Assembly: GCA_036390255.1 (NCBI GenBank)
Contig: DASWCE010000089.1
Coordinates: 1,367-65,366, forward strand
Direction of reading: 5' to 3'
Origin: Gemmatimonadales bacterium
Lineage (GTDB): Bacteria > Gemmatimonadota > Gemmatimonadetes > Gemmatimonadales > GWC2-71-9
Length of the DNA stretch: 64,000 bases
This document shows, one piece after another, positions 54,396 through 62,909 of the stretch. Both the position numbers and the translations under genes were made by a program. Each line of letters begins with the position of its first letter. Positions within the stretch are counted from its first letter, which is position 1. The notes beneath the pieces were generated by a model, which saw only the letters and a list, made by a program, of their open reading frames with translations, was not told where the DNA came from and did not search any database.

Positions 54396-55284
54396 TGTTT
54401 TTCAGCGCTCCCAGCAGCCCGCGCGACTTGGGACCGTCCTTGGCTCCTGCCAGTGCCGCCTCCAGATCCTCCGCGAACGCCGTGACCGTGGGCTGGCGAT
54501 CGCCCGGCTGTCGCGCGAGCCCTTTCATGACCGCCGCCTCGAGGGCCGGCGGGAATTTGTGGCCGCTCGCGTCCGAGAGCGGCGTCGGCTTGCCGCTCAA
54601 GAGCTGCTGGAACAGCTCGCGCGGGCTGCGCCCGTCGTGCGGATGTCGTCCGGTCAGCATGTAGTACGTGATTTTCGCGAGACTGTAGATGTCCGCGCGC
54701 CCGTCGACGAGCTCGCCGGACAGGGCCTCGGGCGCGACGTACTGCAGCGTGCCCACAAAGAAGCCGGTTCGCGTCAGCCGCTCCTCCGGTGGCAGCTCGG
54801 CGTCCCGCGCGATGCCGAAATCCAGCAGCTTGACGCTGTGCGCGCGCGCGTCGTACATGATGTTCTCGGGTTTCAGATCGCGATGGATGATACCGGCCGC
54901 GTGTGCGGCGCTGAGCGCATCGGCCAGCTGGCGCACGAGCGGGATGGCATCCGCGGGGGCGAGCGGGCCCTCGCGGTGTAAGAAGTCCGCCAGGGGCTCG
55001 CCGCTGGCCCACTCGAGCGCCAGGTAGTACAGACCGTCGGATTCACCGAAGTCGTAGGTGCGCACCACACCGGGATGTAGGACGCGCGATCCGTATCCTG
55101 CTTCCCGCAGGAAGCGTTTGACCACGGTGGGGTCGCCCCGCAGACGCTCGCGCAATACCTTGAACGCACAAGCGCCGCGCGCGGGATGCTCGGCGCGGTA
55201 CACCTCCGCCGTCCCTCCTTCGCCGACGCGCTCGAGGAGGCGGTAGCCGGCGATTGACCTGCCGGCCAGGTTTTCGAGAGCCAT
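54370..55284 (-). CDS. Hanks-type Ser/Thr kinase, catalytic domain plus short tail (304 aa)
   Basis: Start ATG 55284 (MALENLAGRSIAGYRLLERVGEGGTAEVYRAEH). AFKVL, HRDLKPENIM, DFGIA, APE. The ORF track's extension to 55467 is antisense to the neighbouring gene. Confidence 0.85.
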   Translation of the reverse strand: MALENLAGRSIAGYRLLERVGEGGTAEVYRAEHPARGACAFKVLRERLRGDPTVVKRFLREAGYGSRVLHPGVVRTYDFGESDGLYYLALEWASGEPLADFLHREGPLAPADAIPLVRQLADALSAAHAAGIIHRDLKPENIMYDARAHSVKLLDFGIARDAELPPEERLTRTGFFVGTLQYVAPEALSGELVDGRADIYSLAKITYYMLTGRHPHDGRSPRELFQQLLSGKPTPLSDASGHKFPPALEAAVMKGLARQPGDRQPTVTAFAEDLEAALAGAKDGPKSRGLLGALKNIVGKRNSE

Positions 55285-55331
55285 GGGGGTTGTGCGCGAA
55301 ACTAACGTCCGGATTTGAGGCTCTGCAAGTG

Positions 55332-56720
55332 ATGCGACGCGTGGACGCACTGCTGGCGATGGCCGTTCTGTCCGGCGGCTGCGGCCCGCTGCAGCCGCCC
55401 GCCCCCGGCACGTCGGGCGCAGCGCCGCAACGAGGGCCGTCCCTGCCGCGCCTGTTCGACGCGTCATCCGTCTACCGGTCGATGGGCGCGCTCGTGGGTG
55501 GCGGCGGTTTGCCGTTCATCGGATCGGTGCGCTATCTCGCCGGACCGTCGCCCGACTCCACGCTTGCGCTGTTTTCGGTCTCGCTCACCAATCAGACGCT
55601 CACCTTTCAACGCCGCGGCGCGGAGTTCATCGCCGAGTACCACGTCGAGGCATCGTTCCGGACCGATAGCAGCAGTCGCGTGACGGTGCGGCAGATCGGC
55701 AGCGACGAACAGGTCCGCGTCCGCAGCTTCCAGGAGACGCTCCGCAGCGACGAGAGCGTGATTTTCCAGCAGTTCCTCACCGTGCCGCCGGGCTCGTATT
55801 ACGTGATGGCGATGGTGCGCGATCGCAACGGTCCCGCCTACGCCCGCGCGGAGCGCGCCGATACCGCGCCGCGCTTTGCCGGGCCTGCAACGGCGAAACC
55901 GATCGCCGTCTATTCGGCCGATGGCCGGTCACGACGTGCCGACTTTCCGAAAGTGGTCGCCAACCCGCGCGCCACGTTGCCGTTCGGTCCCGATTCGATG
56001 CGCTTTTATGTCGAGCGCTACGGCGCTCCGCCTGCGACCGTGCTGGCACGGGTGGTGGATGCGGCCCATCACGAATTGTGGCGCGACTCCGTTCGCCTGC
56101 GTGGTGACACGGGCGTCGCGTCGGCCACCGTTGTCATCGTCCCCGCCAATCTCCCGGTGGGGCAAGCCGAGCTGGAAATCGTGCCACCAAACGGGGGCGG
56201 CGGGGCCGGCGGGGATACGGCTCGCACCCGTTTCTTGGTAAGCTTCTCCAGTCAATGGGTGATCACAAACTTCGATGAAATGATGAGTTTGCTCCGCTAT
56301 TTCGACCGCCAGGACTGGGTCGACTCGTTGCGCCGCTCGCCGGCAGACCGTCGTCCCGACGTGTGGCGGCAGTTTTGGAAGGCGACCGATCCGATCCCCC
56401 TCACGCCGGAGAACGAGGCGATCGACGATTATTTCCGGCGCGTGCAGCAGGCGAACATTCGATTTCCCGACGAGGGCGAGCCTGGATGGCTGACCGAGCG
56501 GGGCGAAGTGTTGATCACGCTGGGCGAGCCCGATGAGATGACTGATCTCTCGAACGGCATCGACCGGAACGGCACGCGGCTGCTGCGGTGGACCTACGCG
56601 GCGCATCGTCTCGTGCTGTACTTCCAGGATCAGACCGGCTTCAGCCGGTTTCGTCTGACGCCCGGATCCCGCGCGGAATATCAGCGGGTCCTGGCGCGCG
56701 CGAGGCAGGCGAGCAGGTGA
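55332..56720 (+). CDS. GWxTD-domain lipoprotein
   Basis: Start ATG 55332 (MRRVDALLAMAVLSGGC lipobox). C-terminal EPGWLTERGEVLITLGEPD contains the GWxTD motif. Confidence 0.7.
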   Translation: MRRVDALLAMAVLSGGCGPLQPPAPGTSGAAPQRGPSLPRLFDASSVYRSMGALVGGGGLPFIGSVRYLAGPSPDSTLALFSVSLTNQTLTFQRRGAEFIAEYHVEASFRTDSSSRVTVRQIGSDEQVRVRSFQETLRSDESVIFQQFLTVPPGSYYVMAMVRDRNGPAYARAERADTAPRFAGPATAKPIAVYSADGRSRRADFPKVVANPRATLPFGPDSMRFYVERYGAPPATVLARVVDAAHHELWRDSVRLRGDTGVASATVVIVPANLPVGQAELEIVPPNGGGGAGGDTARTRFLVSFSSQWVITNFDEMMSLLRYFDRQDWVDSLRRSPADRRPDVWRQFWKATDPIPLTPENEAIDDYFRRVQQANIRFPDEGEPGWLTERGEVLITLGEPDEMTDLSNGIDRNGTRLLRWTYAAHRLVLYFQDQTGFSRFRLTPGSRAEYQRVLARARQASR

Positions 56721-58972
56721 AACGACGCGGCGCCCTGTGGATCGCGGCGCTGGCCGGGGACCTGCTGCTGCCGCCGGCGCGGGCGGCTGGGGCCCAGGCG
56801 GTCACCCCGCCGGAACACACCGCCACGTTTCGCGCCGATTCGCTCCGCTTGTCGGGCCGTCCCTGGCACGCGGCCGAGAGCCTACTCGCCGCCGCGCGTC
56901 GCGACCCCAATCCCAACGCGTTCTTGATCGTCGAAGGCGCCAAGGCGGAAGTGCACGCACGCCGTTACGAGCACGCACGGCAGTTGCTCGTCGGCCAGCC
57001 GTGGCTGCTCGCCTATCTCGACGGTGAGGCGCTCGCCGTGCTGGCACAGGCCGAGTTCGGCACCGGGCGATACGGCGATGCCGCCACGCACTTTCAGCTG
57101 GCGCGCGCGCGTGCACCCACCGCGCGCGTGCCGCTTCTCGCGGTGCGCGCCGCCCTCGCATTCGACGCTGCCGGTCAGCCTGACAGCGCGGCGGTCGCCT
57201 TCGCCGCCGCGCGCGCGGGAGGGAATCTCGCGAGCATCGATCCGTGGCTGCGGATGCGTCAGGCTCGGGTCACGCGCGACACGGCAGCTGTGGCTCAGTT
57301 GCTCGCCGACCTGCCCCCGCCGGTCGCGCGCGAGGTGCCAGTGGCGCGCGCGCGCGCGCTGTTGCTCGCCGGCGACACGACGCGCGCGCTCGATGCCTTC
57401 GCGAGGGCAGGGAGGGGCGGGACGCTCGACGCGGCGCGGCTCGCTCTGGCAACGGGCGATTCGACGCGCGCCCGGACGCTGCTCTACGCGCTGCTAACGC
57501 GCGATCCACTGAGTGATGATGCCGCCGCTGGCGTGACCCTGGCCCTCGGCCCGCTGCCTCCGCGTGCCGCCGCGGAGCATGTCGCCCTGGCGCGCGCCCT
57601 GAATCGGCGCACCACGACGCGCGATGCACGCATCCACGTCGAGCACGCGCTGCGGTCCGGCGACTCAAGTGCGACGACCCTTCTTCTGTATGGCGAGCTG
57701 CTCCTGGGCTCGGGTCGCCTGCGCGACGCCGTGCGTGCCTATGCCGCCGCTGCTCGTGACTCCGCGAGTCGCCCGCTCGCGCTCTACCGTCGCGGCCGTG
57801 TGCTCGTTCGCCTGGACGATTCCACCGCGGTCGCCGCGCTGTCGGGATTCGCGGAGCGCTACCCCGCCGATACCGCCGCGCCGGGTGCGCTCTACATCCT
57901 GGGCGACCTGGACGAGAGTCGCGACAACTGGCCGCAGGCGGGGCGCTGGTATGGGGCGCTAATCAGCCGCTATCCCGTCGACCCACGCGCCTCCCTGGCT
58001 CGCTTCCGGCTGGCGGCCCACGCCGAGAGTACGGGCAACCCCGACAGCGCCGCCGCGCTGTATCAATCGGAAATCGATGCGTCCGGACCGCAACGCACCG
58101 CGGCGCGCTTCTGGCTCGGCAAGATGGCCGAGGCACGCGGTGACACGACGAAGGCACGCGCGATTTGGCTCGCGCTCGCGCGCGAGGACTCGCTGGGCTA
58201 CTACGGCATGCGCGCGCGCCGCGAGACGGGCCTGGCGCCGCTCGCATTCGTGTCTCCAACGGCTACGTCGACCACACCGCCACCGGCGGTGCTCTCCGGA
58301 TTGGCGCGCATTGACACGTTGCTCCTGGCCGGGCTCGACAGCGAAGCGCAAGCCGAAGTCCGCGTTGTGCTCGCGCATCCGCCCACCGATCTCGAGGCGT
58401 TGCTTGCCTGGAGCGGGGGCCTGGGATTGCGTGGCTACGGCTCGGCAGGTGTCCGGCTGGGATGGCAAGCGGCGCTGCTCGCGCCGGGCGATGTCCGTGT
58501 GCTGCGCGCGATCTTCCCCTGGCCGAACCGCGCCGCGGTGGAAGCCGAGGCGGAGGAGTTCGGCGTCGACGCGCTCCTGCTAGCGGCCCTCGTCCGGCAG
58601 GAGAGCGTGTTCGATGTCGAGGCGCTGTCGCCGGCCGGCGCGCGCGGGCTCGCCCAGCTGTTGCCGAGCACGGCCTCACTGATGGCGCGCGGCCTGGACG
58701 TCACGTTCTACCCGGGCTGGATCACGGTCCCCGATCTCAACCTGCATCTGGGCGCAGCGCATCTCGCCGAGCTGCTCAGGCGCTTCGGTCGCGTGGATGC
58801 AGCGGTCGCGGCCTACAACGCCGGACCGATTCCGGTGCGCCGTTGGCTCGAACGGGCCGGGGCGGCCGATGCGGACCGCTTTATCGAGCTGATTCCGTAT
58901 CCGGAAACGCGCGGCTACGTCCGCAGCCTCTTGCGGAATCGCGAGTTGTACCGAGCCCTGTACGCACCGTAG
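56717..58972 (+). CDS. Soluble lytic murein transglycosylase-like protein (superhelical TPR-like N-domain plus SLT domain)
   Basis: GTG 56717 overlaps the upstream TGA (GTGA). SLT motifs RQESVFDVEALSPAGARGLAQLLPSTA and AYNAGP. Signal-like N-terminus. Confidence 0.8.
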   Translation: MKRRGALWIAALAGDLLLPPARAAGAQAVTPPEHTATFRADSLRLSGRPWHAAESLLAAARRDPNPNAFLIVEGAKAEVHARRYEHARQLLVGQPWLLAYLDGEALAVLAQAEFGTGRYGDAATHFQLARARAPTARVPLLAVRAALAFDAAGQPDSAAVAFAAARAGGNLASIDPWLRMRQARVTRDTAAVAQLLADLPPPVAREVPVARARALLLAGDTTRALDAFARAGRGGTLDAARLALATGDSTRARTLLYALLTRDPLSDDAAAGVTLALGPLPPRAAAEHVALARALNRRTTTRDARIHVEHALRSGDSSATTLLLYGELLLGSGRLRDAVRAYAAAARDSASRPLALYRRGRVLVRLDDSTAVAALSGFAERYPADTAAPGALYILGDLDESRDNWPQAGRWYGALISRYPVDPRASLARFRLAAHAESTGNPDSAAALYQSEIDASGPQRTAARFWLGKMAEARGDTTKARAIWLALAREDSLGYYGMRARRETGLAPLAFVSPTATSTTPPPAVLSGLARIDTLLLAGLDSEAQAEVRVVLAHPPTDLEALLAWSGGLGLRGYGSAGVRLGWQAALLAPGDVRVLRAIFPWPNRAAVEAEAEEFGVDALLLAALVRQESVFDVEALSPAGARGLAQLLPSTASLMARGLDVTFYPGWITVPDLNLHLGAAHLAELLRRFGRVDAAVAAYNAGPIPVRRWLERAGAADADRFIELIPYPETRGYVRSLLRNRELYRALYAP

Positions 58973-59057
58973 AAAACCCGCTTGACAGCTTTCCGGGCCG
59001 CGGGTCTTTTCTAGCGTCCACGTTGCGCTGGGGAACAGACTCTGCAGGAGGCGGATC

Positions 59058-59258
59058 GTGATCAAGGGAAAGGTGAAGTGGTTCAATGACGCCAAGGGGT
59101 ACGGCTTCATTGAGCAGGAAGGTGGCGAAGACGTGTTCGTGCATTTTTCGGCGATTCAAATGGACGGCTTCAAGACACTCGCCGAGGGTCAGGTTGTGGA
59201 GTTCGAGGTGAAGCAGGGGGACAAGGGGCTCCACGCCACGAACGTCGTGCGCGTTTAA
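59058..59258 (+). CDS. cspA: Cold-shock protein (CspA family)
   Basis: 66 aa. [15 protein letters not shown] (RNP1) and DVFVHF (RNP2). AGGAGG at 59046-59051. TTGACA at 58982-58987 is a possible -35. Confidence 0.95.
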   Translation: MIKGKVKWFNDAKGYGFIEQEGGEDVFVHFSAIQMDGFKTLAEGQVVEFEVKQGDKGLHATNVVRV

Positions 59259-59281
59259 CGCCACGCCTTCACCGACCACCG

Positions 59282-59315
59282 CCCCGCCCGGACGTCACGG
59301 GCGGGGTTGTTGTTT
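59282..59315 (+). terminator. Rho-independent terminator after cspA
   Basis: Stem CCCCGCCCG (59282-59290) / CGGGCGGGG (59298-59306), loop GACGTCA, tail TTGTTGTTT. Confidence 0.8.
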
Positions 59316-59336
59316 GCGCTGCTAGTTTTCGAGTCT

Positions 59337-62159
59337 ATGCCGCCGCGCCCAGCACCGCCGATCCCCGCAACCTCCGCCGGCAAAACAAACGTCTTTCTGG
59401 TCGACGGCTACGCGCTCATTTACCGCGCGTTCTTCGCGATGATCGCGCGGCCCCTCACCACCAAGAGCGGTGAGAACACATCCGCGGTCTGGGGCATCAC
59501 GAATTTCCTGTTGCGGCTCTACGAGAACTACCACCCCGAATACATTGGGTGGGTGCACGATCGCGGCGTGTCATTCCGGCAGGAGCAGTACCCAGAGTAC
59601 AAGGCGACGCGCGAAAAGCTCGGCGAAGAGCTGCAACAGGATTTCGATCGCTCGCTGGAACGCGTCTGCCAAATTCTCGATGCGTTCCATATTCCCGTCA
59701 TCGCGATCAACGGCTATGAGGCCGATGACGTCGTCGCGACGCTCGCCGATCGCGCGGCCAAGCGCGACCTCCAGGCCGTGATCGTCTCGGGCGACAAGGA
59801 CTTTTATCAGCTGATTGGTCCGGGTATCGCGCTCCTGAATCCGGGACGCGGCGGCCAAGCCGCGGTCGAAGAACAGTGGGTCGATCAGGCGAATGCCAGC
59901 GAGCGCCTGGGTGTCCCCCCGGAGCGGGTCGTGGACTACCTCGCCCTGGTCGGCGACAGCTCCGACAACATTCCGGGCGTCAAGGGGATCGGCGACAAGA
60001 CCGCCGTGCAGCTGCTCGAGTCCTACGGCGATCTCGACACGATCCTCGCCCGCGCGGCGGACATCACGGGGAAGCGACCGCGCGAAGCGTTACTGCAGCA
60101 AGCCGACAACGCGCGGCTCTCGCGCCAGCTCGTGACGCTGCGTCGCGACGTGCCGGTCGAGCTCGATCTCGAGCAGCTCCGCGTGCGCACGCCGGATACC
60201 GAGACACTGGCGACACTCTTCACCGAGCTCGAATTCCGCACGCTGATCCCCAAACTCGGAGACCTGGCGTCCGTAGGCGTCGCACCGCCTGCGGCGCGCG
60301 AACCCGGCGCGCCGGCGGCGCCCGCTCCGACAGGGCGAGTGCCGGTCCTCGCGGATCCCACAATCGTGGACGATCCGGCAGGCTTACCCGCGATGATCCA
60401 GGAGTTGCGCACCGCGCCGCTGGTCGCTCTCCAGACCGAGCCGGCGCTCGCCGGCATCTCGTTCGCCGTCGCGCCGGGCCGCTCGTGGTATCTCCCGTTC
60501 GGGCATCGGGCCCGCGACGGAGAATTCGACACCACACCGCCGCGCAACCTGCCGCCGCTCGCGAGCGAGGCGCTCGCCCCGCTCCGCGCGTTGCTCGCTG
60601 ATCCGGCCGTACGCAAGGCGGGACACGACATCAAGGCGGCCTGGGTGGCGCTCGCGCGGGCCGGCATCGCGCTCGCGGGCGTGGCCTACGACTCGATGGT
60701 GGCGAGCTTCGTCCTGGATCCCGGGAATCGTTCGCACGCCATTAACGATCTCGCGCGGGAGCATCTGTCCGTCGAGCTGCCCACGTCGGCGTCGCTGTTG
60801 GGAAAAGGGAAGGGGGGGACGGAGCGAACGTACTCCCAGGTCCCACCGGTGGAAATGGCGCGGGTCTCGGCCGCGCACGCTGAGATGGTGCTGCGACTCG
60901 AAGAGGCATTTCGCTCCGATATCGAAGGGCATCACCTCAAGCGTCTGCTCGATGAAATCGAGATTCCGCTCATTCCCGTCCTCGTCGATATGGAGGCCAC
61001 GGGTATTGTCGTGGATCGCGCGCTGTTGGGCGAGATGTCGCGCGGCTTCGGCAAGGAGTTGACGCAGCTCGAGCTCGACATCTACCGCGCCGCGGGCGGC
61101 GAGTTCAACATCAACTCGACGCCCCAGATCCGGACGGTGCTGTTCGAGCGGCTGAAGCTGCCGGTGCAGAAGCGTACGAAGACGGGAGCATCCACCGACG
61201 TCGAGGTACTCGAGCAGTTAGCCGCCCTCGGCCATGAGGTGCCACGGCTGCTCATCGAGTATCGCGAGCTGACGAAGCTGAGATCCACGTATGTGGATGC
61301 GTTGCCCGGCTACATCGGTCCTGACGGTCGGGTCCATACGAGCTTCAATCAGACCGGGGCGGCGACCGGCCGCCTTTCGTCGTCAGATCCCAACTTGCAG
61401 AACATTCCCGTGCGCACCCGCCGCGGCGGCGAGATTCGCCGTGCGTTCGTCGCGCCGCCCGGCCACCTGTTGCTCACCGCCGATTATTCCCAGGTCGAAT
61501 TGCGACTGCTCGCGCATTTCTCGGAAGATCCCGCGTTCGTGGCGGCGTTCCAGCGCGGTGGGGATATTCATCGGCAGACCGCCGCCGTGATCTTCGGCGT
61601 GCCCGAAACAAGCGTGACCGGCGAGATGCGCGCGCGCGCGAAGACGATCAACTTCGCCACGATCTACGGCCAGGGAGCGTTGGCGCTGTCGCGCCAACTG
61701 GGGATCACGCTCGACGAAGCCAAGGCCTTCATCAAGCACTACTTCGAGCGCTTCGCTGGCGTGCGTGCATGGCTCGATCGGACTATCGATGAAGCGCGCC
61801 AGCGCGGGTTTGTCGAGACCCTGTTTGGCCGGCGACGCTACATCCCCGAGCTCCGCGACCGAAACTTCAGCATCCGCGCCTTCGGCGAACGGACCGCGAC
61901 CAATTCGCCGCTGCAGGGCTCCGCCGCCGATCTGATCAAGATCGCGATGATCCGCATCCACGCGGCGCTTCCGCAGGCGGAACTGCGCTCCAAGATGGTC
62001 CTGCAAGTGCATGACGAGCTTGTCTTTGAGATCCCGGAGGGCGAACGGTCGGTTGCCGGAGCCCTTGTAAAACGCGAGATGGAAGGGGTAGCCAGTTTAC
62101 GCGTGCCACTCGTCGTAAGTACTGGTGCTGGAAAGAATTGGATTGACGCGAAGGGTTAA
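59337..62159 (+). CDS. polA: DNA polymerase I
   Basis: 5'-nuclease N-terminus VFLVDGYALIYRAFFA. Pol motifs LLTADYSQVELRLLAH, RARAKTINFATIYG, LQVHDELVFE. ATG 59337 lies downstream of the cspA terminator, whereas the ORF track's start at 59307 lies inside it. Confidence 0.97.
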   Translation: MPPRPAPPIPATSAGKTNVFLVDGYALIYRAFFAMIARPLTTKSGENTSAVWGITNFLLRLYENYHPEYIGWVHDRGVSFRQEQYPEYKATREKLGEELQQDFDRSLERVCQILDAFHIPVIAINGYEADDVVATLADRAAKRDLQAVIVSGDKDFYQLIGPGIALLNPGRGGQAAVEEQWVDQANASERLGVPPERVVDYLALVGDSSDNIPGVKGIGDKTAVQLLESYGDLDTILARAADITGKRPREALLQQADNARLSRQLVTLRRDVPVELDLEQLRVRTPDTETLATLFTELEFRTLIPKLGDLASVGVAPPAAREPGAPAAPAPTGRVPVLADPTIVDDPAGLPAMIQELRTAPLVALQTEPALAGISFAVAPGRSWYLPFGHRARDGEFDTTPPRNLPPLASEALAPLRALLADPAVRKAGHDIKAAWVALARAGIALAGVAYDSMVASFVLDPGNRSHAINDLAREHLSVELPTSASLLGKGKGGTERTYSQVPPVEMARVSAAHAEMVLRLEEAFRSDIEGHHLKRLLDEIEIPLIPVLVDMEATGIVVDRALLGEMSRGFGKELTQLELDIYRAAGGEFNINSTPQIRTVLFERLKLPVQKRTKTGASTDVEVLEQLAALGHEVPRLLIEYRELTKLRSTYVDALPGYIGPDGRVHTSFNQTGAATGRLSSSDPNLQNIPVRTRRGGEIRRAFVAPPGHLLLTADYSQVELRLLAHFSEDPAFVAAFQRGGDIHRQTAAVIFGVPETSVTGEMRARAKTINFATIYGQGALALSRQLGITLDEAKAFIKHYFERFAGVRAWLDRTIDEARQRGFVETLFGRRRYIPELRDRNFSIRAFGERTATNSPLQGSAADLIKIAMIRIHAALPQAELRSKMVLQVHDELVFEIPEGERSVAGALVKREMEGVASLRVPLVVSTGAGKNWIDAKG

Positions 62160-62198
62160 GCACGCCTCTTGCAGGAACGGGGGGGAGTGCCCACAATA

Positions 62199-62234
62199 GG
62201 GGCGTCGATTCCGGGTTGTCGGGATCGGCGCCCC
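62199..62234 (+). terminator. GC-rich hairpin after polA (weak U tail)
   Basis: GGGGCGTCGATTCC (62199-62212) pairs with GGGATCGGCGCCCC (62221-62234): 14 bp including 2 G-U. Only TT follows. Confidence 0.35.
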
Positions 62235-62256
62235 TTCGCGCCCGGAGGGTAACGCA

Positions 62257-62634
62257 GTGAAGGCACGCGGTTTCACCCTGATCGAGCTGTTGATCGTGGT
62301 GGTGATCATCGGGATCCTGGCCTCATTCGCGATTCCGAAGTTCGCCAACACGAAGCAGAAGGCGTACGTCGCCCAGATGAAGTCGGACCTCAAGAACCTG
62401 GCGACGGCGGAAGAGGGCTTTTTCTACGACAGCTCGTTCTATACGACCAGCCTGCCGGCGCTCAATAATTTTCGCTCATCGACCGGCGTGACGCTGACCG
62501 TGCTGCAGGCGACGCCCGGCGGTTGGTCCGCGAGGGCGGTCCACACGCAGACGACGCGGCAATGCGTCCTGTATCAAGGAAACGCCACGCCCGTAGCGCC
62601 AGCGACGGCGGAGGGTCGGATCACCTGCACGTAG
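62257..62634 (+). CDS. Type IV pilin-like protein (prepilin N-terminal cleavage/methylation domain)
   Basis: MKARG|FTLIELLIVVVIIGILASFAIPKF and a C-terminal Cys pair (RQC...ITC). GGAGGG upstream of GTG 62257. Confidence 0.8.
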   Translation: MKARGFTLIELLIVVVIIGILASFAIPKFANTKQKAYVAQMKSDLKNLATAEEGFFYDSSFYTTSLPALNNFRSSTGVTLTVLQATPGGWSARAVHTQTTRQCVLYQGNATPVAPATAEGRITCT

Positions 62635-62672
62635 AGCCTCCATACCGTGAGTTCCAACGCCGCCGCGAGGGG

Positions 62673-62909
62673 ATGCACTTCGCCCTGAGCGGCGGCGTTT
62701 GGCTTCACCGGCACAAAATCGACGATGAGCCGATGGTTCACCTGGTGAGCTCGGATAAGGAACGGCTGCTGGCGCTGGGCCGCGAGCTGGGATTTCAGGC
62801 GCGCTGGTTGCAATACAAACCGCTCAAAGATCCCGACACCGGGATCCGCGTGCCCGCCTGGCACTGGGATGTCTGGGGAGACAAGCTCCAGCTGCTGGAT
62901 CCTAAGTAA
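62673..62909 (+). CDS. Small hypothetical protein, DUF4031-like
   Basis: 78 aa from ATG 62673. ..MVHLVSSDKERLLALGRELGFQARWLQ..HWDVWGDKL loosely resembles DUF4031. The ORF track's extension to 62523 overlaps the pilin gene. Confidence 0.45.
   Translation: MHFALSGGVWLHRHKIDDEPMVHLVSSDKERLLALGRELGFQARWLQYKPLKDPDTGIRVPAWHWDVWGDKLQLLDPK

Noticed and set aside
62199-62234. GGGGCGTCGATTCCGG.. superficially resembles the 5' end of a tmRNA.
   Set aside because: Only 36 nt of hairpin lie before the pilin gene RBS at about 62242. There is no room for a roughly 350-nt tmRNA, and no tag ORF or tRNA-like 3' end. It is better explained as the polA terminator hairpin.
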